64,000 bases of DNA. Origin: Leucoraja erinacea (Eukaryota). A program made the position numbers and the translations under genes. Under the pieces are notes generated by a model. It was not told the DNA's origin. It did not search any database and worked only from the letters and a program-made list of their open reading frames with translations. The stretch spans positions 19,344,001-19,408,000 of the forward strand of contig NC_073400.1 in assembly GCF_028641065.1 (NCBI RefSeq). The letters are read 5' to 3'. Shown piece after piece: positions 50,302 to 64,000 of this stretch. Numbering within the stretch: the first letter of the stretch is position 1; the number at the start of each line of letters is the position of its first letter.

Positions 50302-53300
50302 GAGTCAAGTCAAGTTTATTTGTCACATACACTTACGAGATGTGCAGTGAAATGAAAGTGGCAATGCTCGCGGACTTTTGTGCAAAAGACAAACAACCAA
50401 ACAACCAAACAAACTATAAACACAATCATAACACACATATTCTTTTACATAGTAAATAATGGAAGGAAAAATGTTCAGTAGAGTTAGTCCCTGGTGAGAT
50501 AGACGTTTACAGTCCGAATGGCCTCTGGGAAGAAACTCCTTCTCAACCTCTCCGTTCTCACCGCATGGCAACGGAGGCGTTTGCCTGACCGTAGCGGCTG
50601 GAACAGTCCGTTGCAGCGGTGGAAGGGGTCTCTCATGATTTTGTTTGCTCTGGAGTTGCACCTCCTGTTGTATAGTTCCTGCAGGGGGGAAGTGAAGTTC
50701 CCATATTGCGTTCCGCCGAACGCACTACTCTCTGCAGAGCCTTCTTGTCCTTGGCAGAGCAATTCCCAAACCAGATGGTAATGTTCCCGACAAGATGCTT
50801 TCCACCACCGCTGCGTAGAAGCACTGGAGGATCCTCGGAGACACTCTGAATTTCCTCAATTGCCTGAGGTGGTAAAGGCGCTGCCTTGCCTTACTCACGA
50901 GTGCTGAGGCGTGTGATGCCCATGTCATATCCTCGGAGATGTGGACTCCCAGATATTTAAAACAGTCCACCCTATCCACAGGATCCCCATTTATCCTCAA
51001 TGGAGTGTACGTCCTCAGATGATGTGCCCTCCTAAAGTCCATGATCAGCTCCTTCGTTTTTTTGATGTTCAAGAGGAGGCTGTTATCCTGGCACCAGAGT
51101 GCTAGACCAGCCATCTCCTCCCGGTAGGCCTTCTCATCGGTGTCTGAGATCAGGCCCACCACCACAGTGTCATCAGCAAATTTAATTATTGAGTTGGAAC
51201 TGAACCTAACCACATATAACCATATAACATATAACAATTACTGCACGGAAACAGGCCATCTCGACCCTTCTAGTCCGTGCCGAACACATAATCTCCCCTA
51301 GTCCCATATACCTGCGCTCAGACCATAACCCTCCATTCCCTTCCCATCCATATAACTATCCAATTTATTTTTAAATGATAAAAATGAACCTGCCCCCACC
51401 ACCTTCACTGGAACCTCATTCCACACAGCTACCACTCTCTGAGTAAAGAAGTTTCCCCTCATGTTACCCCTAAACTTCAGTCCCTTAATTCTCATGTCAT
51501 GTCCCCTTGTTTGAATCTTCCCTACTCTCAGTGGGAAAAGCTTTTCCACGTCAACTCTGTCTATCCCTTTCATCATTTTAAAAACCTCTATCAAGTCCCC
51601 CCTTAACCTTCTGCGCTCCAAAGAATAAAGCCCTAACTTGTTCAACCTTTCTCTGTAACTTAGTTGCTGAAACCCAGGCAATATTCTAGTAAATCTCCTC
51701 TGTACTCTCTCTATTTTTGTTGACATCCTTCCTATAATTAGGCGAACTAAATTGTACACCATACTCCAGAATTGGCCTCACCAATGCCTTGCACAATTTT
51801 AACATTACATCCCAACTTCTATACTCAATGCTCTGATTTATAAAGGTCAGCACACCAAAAATCTTTATTTACCACCTTATCTACATGAGATTCCACTTTT
51901 CAGGGAACTGTGCACAGTTATTCCCAGATCCCTCTGTTCACCTACATTCTTCAATTCCCTACCATTTACCATGTACGTCCTATTTTGATTTGTCCTGCCA
52001 AGATGTAGCACCTCACACTTATCAGCATTAAACTCCATCTGCCATCTTTCAGCCCACTCGTCCAACTGGCATAAATCTCTCTGTAGACTTTGAAACTCTA
52101 CTTCATTACCCGCAACCCCACCTATCTTAGTATCATCTGCATACTTACTAATCCAATTTACCACACCATCATCCAGATCATTGATGTACATGACAAACAA
52201 CAGTGGACCCAACACAGATCCCTGTGGCACCCCACTCGTCACTGGCCTCCAACCTGACAAACAACCATCCACCATTACTCTCTGGCATCTCCCATTCAGC
52301 CACTGTTGAATCCATCTTGCTACTCCACCATTAATACCCAACCATTGAACCTTCTTAACCAACCTTCCATGAGGAACCTTGTTAAAGGCCTTACTGAAGT
52401 CCATATACACAACATCCACTGCTTTACCCTCATCAATTTCCCGAGTAACATCTTCAAAAAATTCAAGAAGATTAGTTAAACATGACCTTCCAGGCACAAA
52501 TCCATGTTGACTGTTCCTAATCAGACCCTGTTTATCCAGATGCTTATATATATTATCTCTAAGTATTCTTTCCATTAATTTGCCCACCACTGACGTCAAA
52601 CTAACAGGTCTATAATTGCTAGGTTTACTCTTAGACCCCTTTTTAAACAATGGAACAACATGCGCAGTACGCCAATCTTCCGGCACTATTCCCGTTTCTA
52701 ATGACATTTGAAATATTTCTGCCATAGCCCCTGCTATTTCTACACTAACTTCCCTCAATGTCCTAGGGAATATCCTGTCCGGACCTGGAGACTTATCCAC
52801 TTTTATATTTCTCAAAAGTGTCAGTACTTCCTCTTCTTTGATCCTCATAGTTTCCATAGCTACTCTACTTGTTTCCCTTACCTCACATAATTCAATATCC
52901 TTCTCCTTGGTGAATACCGAAGAAAAGAAACTGTTCAATATCTCCCCCATCTCTTTTGGCTCTGCAGATAGTTGTCCACTCTGACTCTCTAATGGACCAA
53001 TTTTATCCCTCGTTATTCTTTTGCTATTAATATAGCGGTAGAAACCTTTCGGATTTACTTTTACCTTACTTGCCAAAGCAACCTCATATCTTCTTTTAGC
53101 TTTTCTAATTTCTTTCTTAAGATTCTTTTTACATTTTTTATACTCCTCAAGCACCTCATTTACTCCATGCTGCCTATAATTATTGTAGATCTTCCTCTTT
53201 TTCCGAACCAAGTGTCCAATTTCCCTTGAAAACCATGGCTCTTTATAATTTTTACGATTTCCTTTCAACCGAACAGGGACATAAAGATTCTGTACTCTTA

Positions 53301-53965
53301 AAATTTCACCTTTAAATGTATTCCATTTCTCTTCCACATCTTTCCCATAAAACAAACTGTCCCAATTTACTCCTTTTAAATCCTTTCGCATCTCCTCAAA
53401 GTTAGCCTTTCTCCAATCAAAAATCTCAACCCTAGGTCCAGTTTTGTCCCTCTCCATAATTATATTGAAACTAATGGTATTGTGATCACTGGACCCGAAC
53501 TGTTCCCCAACGCATACCTCTGCCACCTGACCCATCTCATTTCCTAACAGGAGGTCCAGTACCGCCCCTTCTCTAGTAGGTACGGGGAGTACAATAGGGG
53601 GCTGAGGACGCAACCTGGGGCGATCCTGTGCTCGGGGTAAGGGACTTCGATGTATTCCCTCCCATCTAGACTACCTGGGGCCTGGCGGTGAGAAAGTCCA
53701 GGACCCAGGCACACAGGGATGTGTTGAGCCCCAATTCCATTAGCTTCCCGGCCAGTCTGGTAGGTACTATCGTGTTGAAGGCTGAACTGTAGTCTATGAA
53801 CAGCATCCTCACGTAGGCCCCCTTCTGGCTGTCCAGATGGGAGAGAGCGGTGTGCAAGACCTGAGAGACCGCATCGTCCGTGGGTCTGTTCGGACGGTAT
53901 GCGAACTGCAACGGGTCCATGATCCGAGGGAGGAAGGCGCAGATGTGTTTCTTCACCAGCCTCTG
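50302..53965 (-). mobile_element. Rex1/Babar LINE (50302-51210 and 53581-53965) split by a CR1 insertion
   Basis: [37 protein letters not shown] | FSSNSIIKFADDTVVVGLI; (TTGAC)n tail. Confidence 0.9.
51211..53580 (-). mobile_element. Young 5'-truncated CR1 LINE with a nearly intact RT domain
   Basis: Long open frame with KSPGPD, NYRPVSLTS, SGVPQGSVLGP, KYADD; frame break near 51760-51900; (TTATATGG)n tail. Confidence 0.95.
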
Positions 53966-54889
53966 TCATTGTCCGTACAAGGGGACAGGGTGTTGGTGAG
54001 ACCACACCTGGGGTACGGTGTACACTGCTGCTCTCCTTCTCGCAGGGTGAGGGTCCACGCATTGGGAGCAGCAGAGAACGCTGACCGGGTCGACCCCTGG
54101 TCAAGCCGGGGTGGGCTGGGGCTCACTGGAGATGAGAACGAGGGGCATCTCGTCAAATCCCGGGATCATGAGGGGGCCTCGATCGGGAAGATGCTGAGAG
54201 GATGTGTGTGTATGCGTGTGTGTGTGTGTGTCCCCGGGTGGAGGTATTGTGACTGGGGTGGGGTCTGGGAATAGGAAGCTGAGGACAAGGTCAGGCAGTG
54301 AATGGGCAGCAGGTATGAGGGGCCTCTACACTCTGCGGTCTCACACTCCCAGGGCGCAGGCCAGACACAGGGTGAAGTTGCCCCATCACACACTCGCAAG
54401 GAAAAGCTTTGGCCGGGGAGTTTGTGGGTTTCGGACAGCTCTCCTGCTCATGTTAGAACTTCAGCGTGAAGTAGATAGCTGAGGGGACGGCTGACTCAGT
54501 GGTGTAATGGGTAGTGCTGATGTCTCGCAGTGCCAGAGACCAGGAGTTGATCCCTGCCTCGGGTGTTGGCTGTGTGGAGTTTGCATGTTCTCCCTGTGAC
54601 GGTGTGGGCATCTCTGGGGTGCTCCAGCTTCCTCCCATGTCCCATTGATCGCCGTAAAGACCCCAGTGTGTGGGTGTAGGGCAGGCCTTGGGGTGTTGAT
54701 GGGAGTGAGGGCGAATACATGGTATCAGAGATAGTAACATTAGTGGGCATGCGTTGTTGAAGGTCGGTGCAGTCATAATGGGCTAAAGATCCTGTTTCTG
54801 CAGCTCAATAAATCTATAGGTTTAGGACGGGAGGTGGGAGAGAGGGCATAGAAGAGTGAAACAACAACGGTGAGGGAGATAGAAAGATG

Positions 54890-54890
54890 C

Positions 54891-54935
<45 letters not shown>

Positions 54936-54998
54936 AGAGGGAGGGGGAATGAGAGAGAAAGAGAGAGCGAGAGGGAGGTGCAGACAGACAGACAGGAA

Positions 54999-55032
<34 letters not shown>

Positions 55033-55083
55033 CAGACAGAGAGAGGAGTAGAGAGAGAGAGAGGGGCAGGCAGACAGAGAGAG
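54890..55083. repeat. (GA)n microsatellite cluster
   Basis: Direct inspection. Confidence 0.95.
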
Positions 55084-55599
55084 GCTCCCACACTGAGAGC
55101 TGACATCACTTTGCCTGCGGTGGATGTGGAATGGGGTGTGTCAGCGATTTAGTGACACACAGGTTTCCTTCAGGTCTTTGTTCCTTTGTGTTAGTCAGGA
55201 TGAGGTGGGCTGCAAATGAACCCACCACGAAGTCATTCCCCAATTACCAGTCCCACAAACTCACCTCAAATCCATTTTAAGAACACACAGACAGTTGAGA
55301 TAATCCAATCACAGATCTCAACACAGACCATAAACATCACTGCTGTGTGTGTGGGAAAACACATTGGCAGGGTAAAACAGCCGAGGCAGCAGAAACACAC
55401 TCCCTCTGCACTGTTCTATCACGCACTACCAGGGCACAGGTCAGACACAGAGTGAAGCTCCCTCGGCACTGTTCCATCACACACTCCCAGAATACGAGTT
55501 AGTCTGAAGGGGCTGCTCCTCAAGTTTTGGCCGCATGCTAGTCCCACACTCTCATCACCTACTATGGAGGGGAGGGGGTCGGTCAGTTGGGTGACATGA

Positions 55600-55639
<40 letters not shown>

Positions 55640-55899
55640 GAGGGGAGATGTCCCTGTCTGTTCACTCGTGGGGGAGTGGCCAAGATGGTCATTCAAGGAC
55701 CCAGTCAGTGGGCGGCAGGGGTTCAGCCCGAGTTGAATGTCTGCCCCTCTTCCGGACGAGCTTCCGTGCCCGCAAGTCCTTGGAAAGAGAACACGCAATA
55801 TCCACGGGGTCTCTTCGGTGAACGCTACTTGCCGCTGGGGTTGAGTGCGTTGAGGATAAGGACGGCAACGCTGTACTTTGATGATTGCTTGTTACATAC

Positions 55900-56940
55900 A
55901 AACATAGAAAATAGGTGCAGGAGTAGGCCATTCGGTCCTTCGAGCCTGCACCGCCATTCAATATGATCATGGCTGATCATCCAACTCAGTATCCTGTACC
56001 TGCCTTCTCTCCATACCCCCTGATTCCTTTAGCCACAAGGGCGACATCTAACTCCCTCTTAAATATAGCCAATGAACTGGCCTCAACTACCACCTTTGGC
56101 AGAAAATTCCAGAGATTCACCACTCTCTGTGTGAAAAATGTTTTTCTCATCTCGGTCCTAAAAGATTTCCCCCTTATCCTTAAACTGTGATTCCCTTGTT
56201 CTGGACTTCCCCAACATCGGGAACAATCTTCCTGCATCTAGCCTGTTCAACCCCTTAAGAATTTTGTACGTTTGTTTACAAACTGCTTATTGACACTATT
56301 GATATTCCCAGGGCTTTCATACAGTGATTATGTAAACTGATTTACAGCAGCAACAGCAGTAAGATTTTGATTCATAAAGTATTGATAACCTGGTGACACT
56401 GGCGCAGCAGTAGAGCCTTACAGTGCCAGAGATCCGGGTTCGATCCTGATTACGGGTGCTTGTCTGTATGGAGGCTGCATTTTCTCCATGTGACCTGCGT
56501 GGATTTCCCCCGAGATCTTCGGGTTTCTCCCACACACCACAGACGTACAGGTTTGTAGGTTAATTGGCTTGATGTAAATCTAAAGATGCAAGAAGATTGT
56601 TCCCGATGTTGGGGAAGTCCAGGACAAGGGGTTACAGCTTAAGGATAAAGGGGAAATCCTTTAAAACCGAGATGAGAAGAACTTTTTTCACGCAGAGAGT
56701 GGTGAATCTCTGGAACTCTCTGCCACAGAGGGTAGTTGAGGCCAGTTCATTGGCTATATTTAAGAAGGAGTTAGATGTGGCCCTTGTGGCTGAGGGGATC
56801 AGGGGGTATGGAGAGAAGGCAGGTACGGGATACTGAGTTGGATGATCAGCCGTGATCATATTGAATGGCGGTGCAGGCTCGAAGGGCCGAATGGCCTACT
56901 CCTGCACCTAATTTCTATGGTTCTATGTTTCTATGTTTCT
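55900..56940. mobile_element. Two CR1 3' ends in inverted orientation (55900-56270 -, 56584-56940 +)
   Basis: Both encode near-identical KSF.TEMR.TFFTQRVVNLWN...GIRGYGEKAGTGY. Confidence 0.9.
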
Positions 56941-58590
56941 AAAAACATGTACATAGTGTAAGTGTAGGGTAGTGTTAATGTGCGGGGGTCGCTGGTCAGT
57001 GCGGACTCGGAGGGCCGAAGGGCCTGGTTCCGCGTTGTATCTCCAAACGAAACCTTTGAGCCATGCGGCATTTCAGCCCCGATGCTCGTGATACCCCGTC
57101 ACCTAGTACGGGGTGGGGGGAAGGGTGGTTGCTGGGGAAGGATTTTCCCCGTTGTTTGCTCCTGGGCCTGGCGAGGATGGACATTCATGGGTCCGGGCAG
57201 CGTGCTGTCAAGGGTCCTGTCTGAGTCTGCCTGCCCCTCTTCCAGGCTTATCTCAGTGCCTGCGAGTCCCTGAAGATGGAGAACACAGTGGCCATGGGAA
57301 CTCTAGATGCCTTCCCTGAACACTACTTGCTGCGGAAAGCCAAGCTTGTAGTGAATGAGAATGAGGATGTTGTAATTTGATAATTGATTGATCGATGCTT
57401 TCCAACTACTAATTGGCAGTATTGATCCTTCCAGTACTTTGTAGCTGTGATTACGAAATAAAGTTTCCCTGTTAAGGAAACAAAATGACAGGTTTGGAGG
57501 GTTTAAGAAGGAACTGCAGATGCTGGAAAACCTGTCGGTACACAAAAAAGCTGGAGAAATTCAGCGGGTGCAGCAGCATCTATGGAGCGCTTCGCACCCG
57601 CTGAGTTTCGACAGGTTTGGAGGGTCAGACACAAAATGGTGCACCCTCTACACTATCCCATCACACACTCCCAGGGCACAGGTCAGACATAGGGTGATGC
57701 TCCCTCTACACGATCTCATCCCACTGTCACCGGTTTAATTTTTAGTTTCGAGATACAGCACGAAAACAGGCCATTCGGCCCACCGAGTCTGCACCGACCA
57801 GCGATCACCGCATATTAACACCACCCCACACACACTGGGGGCAATTTTACATGCACACCAAGCCAATTAACCTACACACCTGTACGTCTTTGGAGTGTGG
57901 GAGGAAACCGAAGATCTCGGAGAAATCCCATGCAAGTCACAGGGAGAAAGTACAAACTCCGTACAGACAGCACCAGTAGTCAGGATGTCTGCAACAGTAG
58001 CTCTATCGCTACGCTAGCATGCCGATATTGTCCTGCAGGAGCAGGACTGTCTCAGAGGTTTAAGGCACATGGGATCCAAGATGAGCTGGTTAATAGCATC
58101 CATGGTAAGTTTGGTGATAGGAGGCAGAGGATAGTGTTGAAGAATGGTCTTCTGACTGGAAGTCTGTGAACAGTGATGTACCATAGGAATCAGTGCAGGA
58201 CCAGAGGAGGTAGGTGAGGCTGGGACTAATCCAACGTTTAAGAAACAGTTAGACAGGTACATGGATAGGACAGGTTTGGGGGGATATGGACCAAGCGCAG
58301 GCAGGTGGGACTAGTGCAGCTGGGACATGTTGGCCGGTGTGGGCAAGTCGGGCTGAAGGGCCTGCTTCCATACTGCATCACTCTGTGACCTTTGCCGTTG
58401 TAATGTACATTAGCAACTTGGGCATGTATGTCAGGTTTAATTAGCAAATTTACGGATGACTGGTAATCTGGGCAATGAGGGATGTTGTCTAAGACCACAG
58501 CAGGATGTAGATCTGGAAAGTTTGGTGGACCTTTAGCAGATGGAATTTCATCTAAACCTGTGTGAGGTTGATGCACTTTGGGAAGTCATA

Positions 58591-60221
58591 CAGTGGCTTG
58601 CAATAGTATTCATACCCCTTGAACTTTTCCACATTTTGTCATGTTACAACCACAAACGTAAATGTATTTTATTGGGATTTTATGTGATAGACCAACACAA
58701 AATGCCGCATAATTGTGAAGTGGAAGGAAAATGATACATGGTTTTCAAATTTTGTTTACAAATAAAAAACTGAAAAGTGTGGCATGCAAATGTATTCAGC
58801 CCCCCTTACTCTGATACCCCTAAATAAAATCCAGTGGAACCAATTGCCTTCAGAAGTCACCTAATTAGTAAATAGGCTAATTAGACAAATAGAGTCCACT
58901 TGTGTGTAATCTAATCTCAGTATAAATACAGGTGTTCTGTGAAGGCCTCGGAGGTTTGTTAGAGAACATTAGTGAACAAACAGCATCATGAAGCCCAAGG
59001 AACACACCAGACAGGTCAGGGATAAAGTTGTGGAGAAGTTTAAAGCAGGGTTAGGTTATAAAAAAAATCCCAAGCTTTGAACATCTCATGGAGCACTGTT
59101 CAATCCATCATCCGAAAATGGAAAGAGTATGGCACAATTGCAAACCTACCAAGACATGGCCGTCCACCTAAACTGACAGGCCGGGCAAGGAGAGCATTGA
59201 TCAGAGAAGCAGCCAAGAGGCCTATGGTAACTGTGGAGGAGCTGCAGAGATCCACATGTGGGAGAATCTATCCACAGGACAACTATTAGTCGTGCACTCC
59301 ACAAATCAGGCCTTTATGGAAGAGTGGCAAGAAGAAAGCCATTATTGAAAAAAAGCCATAAGAAGTCCCATTTGCAGTTTGCCACAAGCCATGTGGGGGA
59401 CACAGCAAACATGTGGGAGGAAGGTGCTCTGGTCAGATGAGACCAAAATTGAAGTTTTCGGCCTAAATGCAAAACGCTATGTGTGGCGGAAAACTAACAT
59501 TGCCCATCACCCTGAACACACCATCCCCACTGTGAAACATGGTGGCGGCAGCATCATGCTGTGGGGATGCTTTTCTTCAGCAGGGACAGGGAAGCTGGTC
59601 AGAGTTGATGGGAAGATGGATGGAGCCAAATACAGGGCAATCTTGGAAGAAAACCTGTTAGAGTCTGCAAAAGACTTGAGGCTGGGGTGGAGGTTCACCT
59701 TCCAGCAGGACAACGACCCTAAACATACAGCCAGAGATACAATGGAATGGTTTAGATCAAAGCATATTCATGTGCTAGAATGGCCCAGTCAAAGTCCAGA
59801 CCTAAATCCAATTGAGAATCTCTGGCAAGACTTGAAAATTGCTGTTCACAGAAGCTCTCCATCCAATCTGACTGAGCTTGAGCTATTTTGCAAAGTAGAA
59901 TGGGCAAAAATTTCAGTCTCTAGATGTGCAAAGCTGGTAGAGACATACCCCCAAAAGACTTGCAGCTGTAATTGCAGCAAAAGGTGGTTCTACAAAGTAT
60001 TGACTCAGGGGGGCTGAGTACTTTTGCACGCCACACTTTTCAGTTTTTTATTTGTAAAAAAATTTGAAAACCATGTATCATTTTCCTTCCACTTCACAAT
60101 TATGCACCACTTTGTGTTGGTCTATCACATAAAATCCTTATAAAATACATTTACGTTTGTGGTTGTAATGTGACAAAATGTGGAAAAGTTCAAGGGGTAT
60201 GAATACTTTTGCAAGCCACTG
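58591..60221 (+). mobile_element. Full-length Tc1-family (DD34E, IR/DR type) transposon, transposase frameshifted
   Basis: TA|CAGTGGCTTGCAA...TTGCAAGCCACTG|TA; terminal repeats about 210 bp; ATG 58988 to TGA 60003; GRPPK, WSDE, FQQDND-34-NPIE. Confidence 0.96.
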
Positions 60222-63084
60222 TACATTGGCTCCCTTGTATATTCAAGATTCAAGATTCAATTTAATTGTCATTGGGATACATTGGGAGGGCATACACAGG
60301 GCACTGGAATATGGGTGAACAAAGAAACCTAGGGTTTACATCCATAGTTCCCTGAAAGTGGCAGCATGGGCGGGTGTTGTGGTGTGAGGCATGCTTGTCT
60401 TCATAGGTCATGGCATAGAATATAAAATTTGGGAGGCTATGTTGCAACTTCACAAAACACTGTTGACGTTGCACAAGGAATACTATGTGCAGTTCTTGTC
60501 ACCACATTATAGGAAGGAGGTGTTTATTTGTTTTGTCCTTAACAAGGAGTTTTTATTCCAGAGTCACAATTAACAGAGTGTTACATTAGTCAAAACAACT
60601 ATATGTCCAGTTTGCATACAGCAAATGACAGCCTTGTCAGTTGTATCCAGCACGCGATCAAAGCCCATTGACACACACAGTTTTCGAAAGCCTCCAAAGC
60701 TCTGCGTGCTCCCTCTACAGAGACACATGGACACGGACGTAAGAAGGGTAGGCAGTTGCCTTAGAATAGCCGTCTTGGTCAAGGAAGGGAGTGGTTGTGC
60801 TGGAGATACTGCGAGAGGAAGTGGTAGAGGTGGGATCCATTAATATATTAGAAAGACAAATAGAAAGGGCACGAATTTAAGGTTGGAGATATGGGTTTAG
60901 AGGGGATCTGAGGGGTATGTTTTTTACACAGATTGGTTGATACCTGGAACGTTGCAGACAGGGGGTGGAATTGGATACTGACATTACATTTAAGAGGCCT
61001 TTAGTCAGATAGTTAAATAGGAAAGGCATGGAAAGATATGTAAGCAAATGATATTGGTGTAGAAGGCCAAACATTTCAACATGACTGTGGTGTGCTGAAG
61101 GGCCAGTATATGTGCTGGTCAACTCTACACTATCCCATCACAAACTCTCAGAGCACAGGCTAGTCATAGAATGTAGCTCCCTTTATACCGTCTCATCACA
61201 CAAAGTGGCACAATGGTAGAGTTGCTGCCTTGCAGTGCCAGAGACCCGGGTTCGATCCTGACTACGGGTGCTGTTTGTACAGAGTTTGCACATTCTCCCT
61301 GTGGCCGAGTAGGTTTTCCCCGGGTGCTTCCACATTCCAAAGACGTACAAGTTTATAGGTTAATTGGCTTCTGTAACTAGTCCCTAGTGTGTTGGATAGA
61401 ACTAGTGTATGGGTGATCATTAGTCAGCCACACTATCTCTAAACTAAACACACCAGGCACGGGTCAGATACAGAGTGAAGCTCCCTCCACACCATCCAAT
61501 CTCACATTCCCAGGGAGGAGGGTCAGGAGCAAAGATCCTATAAGATATTTGGTCAGGAGGGAGGGAGGGGTCCCTGTCAATCTGCTCCTGTGCCTAGCCA
61601 AGATGGCCATTCACGGTGAGGTTGAATGTATTGTTGATAAAGTTGGCGATATAGTAATTTGATGACTGTTTGTTTGTGAACTCAATATAGACGGCCTTTG
61701 ATGGTGTTAATACTCCGTATGTTTGATTTGATTTTCTGAATAAAAGTATTTGTATATAATTTTTTTTTAAAGTGTTAGGCACAGAGTGAAACTCCCTCTA
61801 CGCTGTCCTGTCACTCCCTGAATTGCAGCTCAGTGCTGCGGTGTCAACACTGGTTGAACCTGCTCTTCCAGTCATGGAACGGTGGTATTTGTCTCGGCTC
61901 TGGTGTGCAATGAGGGTGTGAGTTGTGTACGAGCATTGCTCCATGTTTCCTGCTCTCCCACTGACTCACCTGTTGGACACTCCCACCAGTTTCCTGCTTG
62001 CATGCATGCCTGCCCAAGCCTGCTCCTCGTAGGTGAGTGTTTGTTGGATGGGGCTGACTGTCCTCCATTCACCCGGGGTACCCCACAACCCCCTTTCCCA
62101 CAGCTCTGTGCTGACAACCTTCCTCCAGAGAGGGGCTCTTCACTCATCCCCACCCCTACAAAGTGCAGCCATGAACACGGGCAGGTGGACAGTGTATGTT
62201 GTAGCACGGAACAGGCCCTTCATCCCTTCTCACCCATGCTGATCATCCTCCCAATTGAACCAGTCCCACCTGCCCATGTTTGGTCCAAATCTCTCCAAAC
62301 CTTCCCTATCCATGAATCTGTCCAAATGTCTTTGAAATGTTGTGATTGTCCTCGGCTCTGCCACTTCCTCCAGTAGCTCATTCCACCACCCATAGATAGA
62401 CACAGTGTTGGAGTACCTTAGTGGGTCACGCAGCATCTCTGGAGAAAAGGGATAGATGATATTTTAGGCTGGGACCATTCTTCAGACTTAATGTCCAGGA
62501 GGAGGGTGCTGGGGAACTGGAGGTAGGAGAAGGTCAGAATAAATCAGGGCTGGCAACAGATAACCCAGGGGCCTCCACACCCTCTGTGTAAAAAACCTGA
62601 CTTCCAAGTCCCTTCCATTCTTTCCCCTCTCACCTCAAACCAGTGCCTTCTGGTTTTAGACCCGCCTACCCTGGGAAAATGACGGTTCCCCACCTTTAGG
62701 CCCCTCATGAGTTTGTAAACCTACGCTGTTGGGAAAAGAGTCCCAGCCTCACCTTGTAACACAAACACTCCATTCCCGAAACTCGACCTCATGAACCTCC
62801 TTTGCAGCATCCCAGTGTAAGGACACTGTGCCTTGTGAGGAGTGCCCCCTGGGAGTTTCAGGTCCTGGTTCAAATAAACTTTTCCTGCTGAACAGGGGGT
62901 CAGCCTGATCAAAATCCTCACACTCCGCTCTCTTGCCGCCCTACATGACAGGACAGAGAGCAACTTTGGCTAAGAGCCGCAGTGAGATTTTCCACGAGCC
63001 TCCACTGTCTGACTGCCCACATTGCTCTGATTGGTGTCGGTAAATGTCCCAGACTCCGGCTATGTTCTGGTGAAAGACTGTTCA

Positions 63085-63720
63085 GTTTAGTTTATTGTCA
63101 CGTGTACTGAGGTACAATGAAAAGCTTTTTGTTGCGAGCTAACCAGTCAGCAAAAACACAATACATGATTACAATCAATCAATTTACAGTGTATAGATAC
63201 ATGATAAGGGAATAATGTTTACGGTAAGGTAAAGCCAGCAAAGTCGAGGATTGTCCGGGGGACATCAAAGAGGTAGATAGTAGTTCAGCACTGCTCTTTG
63301 GTTGTGGTAGGATAGTTCAGTTGCTTGATAACAGCTGGGAAGAAACTGTCCCTGAATCTGGAGCTGCGCGTTTTCACATCTCTCCCTTTTGCCTGATGGG
63401 AGAGAAAAGGGTGGCCACGGTGCGACTCGTCCTTGATTATGCTGCTGGCCTTGCTGAGACTGCGTGAGGCATAAATTAAATCAATAGAAGGGAGGTTGGT
63501 TTGTGTGATGGCCTGGATTGCAATTTCCTATGGTCCTGGATGGAGCTGTTCCTAAACCAAGCTGTGATACACCCTGATAAAATGCTTTCTATGGTGCATT
63601 TGAAGAAGTCGGTGAGAGTTGTAGGGGACATGCCAAACTTACGAAGCTTTCTACGTAAGTAGCCATGGGTAATCAAAGAGAAGTTGTTGGTGATATTGAC
63701 TCCTTGGAATTTGGAGGCAC
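63085..63720 (-). mobile_element. Rex1/Babar LINE 3' fragment (similar copy at about 16755-17420)
   Basis: LRKFGMSPTTLTDFFKCTIESILSGCITAWF; shared 3'UTR and AAACT tail. Confidence 0.8.
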
Positions 63721-64000
63721 CGCGACTGATGCTGGCTGCTGGGAGCTGCGTGCCCCTGGCAGGGGAGAAACACACAGTGCCTGTCACCCAGGTACCCGCT
63801 GCTCGCGTGCAGGTATCTGTGCAGGGTCCCGGAGTGGCGGCATCTGTATGTGTGTACAGTCCATGGGAGCTTCGGAGGCCTCTGCGAGCGGGACCGGGGA
63901 CATCTTTGATAGCTTTAATTTGAGAACCATACAAAAAGCCTCAAAGAATTTGAAAGGAATTTTATTTGCATAAAATCAGGCAAAACTAATCAGTCACTGA

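Overview
Eukaryotic, GC-rich, repeat-dense vertebrate genomic DNA. The V-SINE, CR1, Rex1 and Penelope content suggests a cartilaginous fish (skate or ray); this assignment is an inference. Spliced genes, left to right: (1) a divergent V-ATPase catalytic subunit A gene (ATP6V1A-like, minus strand, 11 coding exons at 710-10139, 3' end outside the window) with one U12-type intron and one homopolymer frameshift; (2) KLHDC9 (+), probably starting at a 6-nt ATG-CAG exon beside a perfect RFX X-box; (3) PFDN2 (-, 3 exons); (4) NIT1 (+), head-to-head with PFDN2, last exon partly in an N gap; (5) the promoter and signal-peptide exon of an unidentified secreted or membrane gene (+, about 45.5-46.4 kb). 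The rest is mobile DNA: CR1, Rex1/Babar and L1/Tx1 LINEs, Penelope fragments with hammerhead-like cores, V-SINEs, two tail-to-tail Helitrons, a full-length Tc1, minisatellites and three N gaps. The most interesting signals are a second V1 A-subunit gene sharing a possible RFX-controlled divergent promoter with KLHDC9, introns bracketed by G-runs and C-runs, an intronic copy of the NIT1 3'UTR, and an apparent intron loss in PFDN2. Human exon sizes and gene order quoted below are from memory, not from a search.
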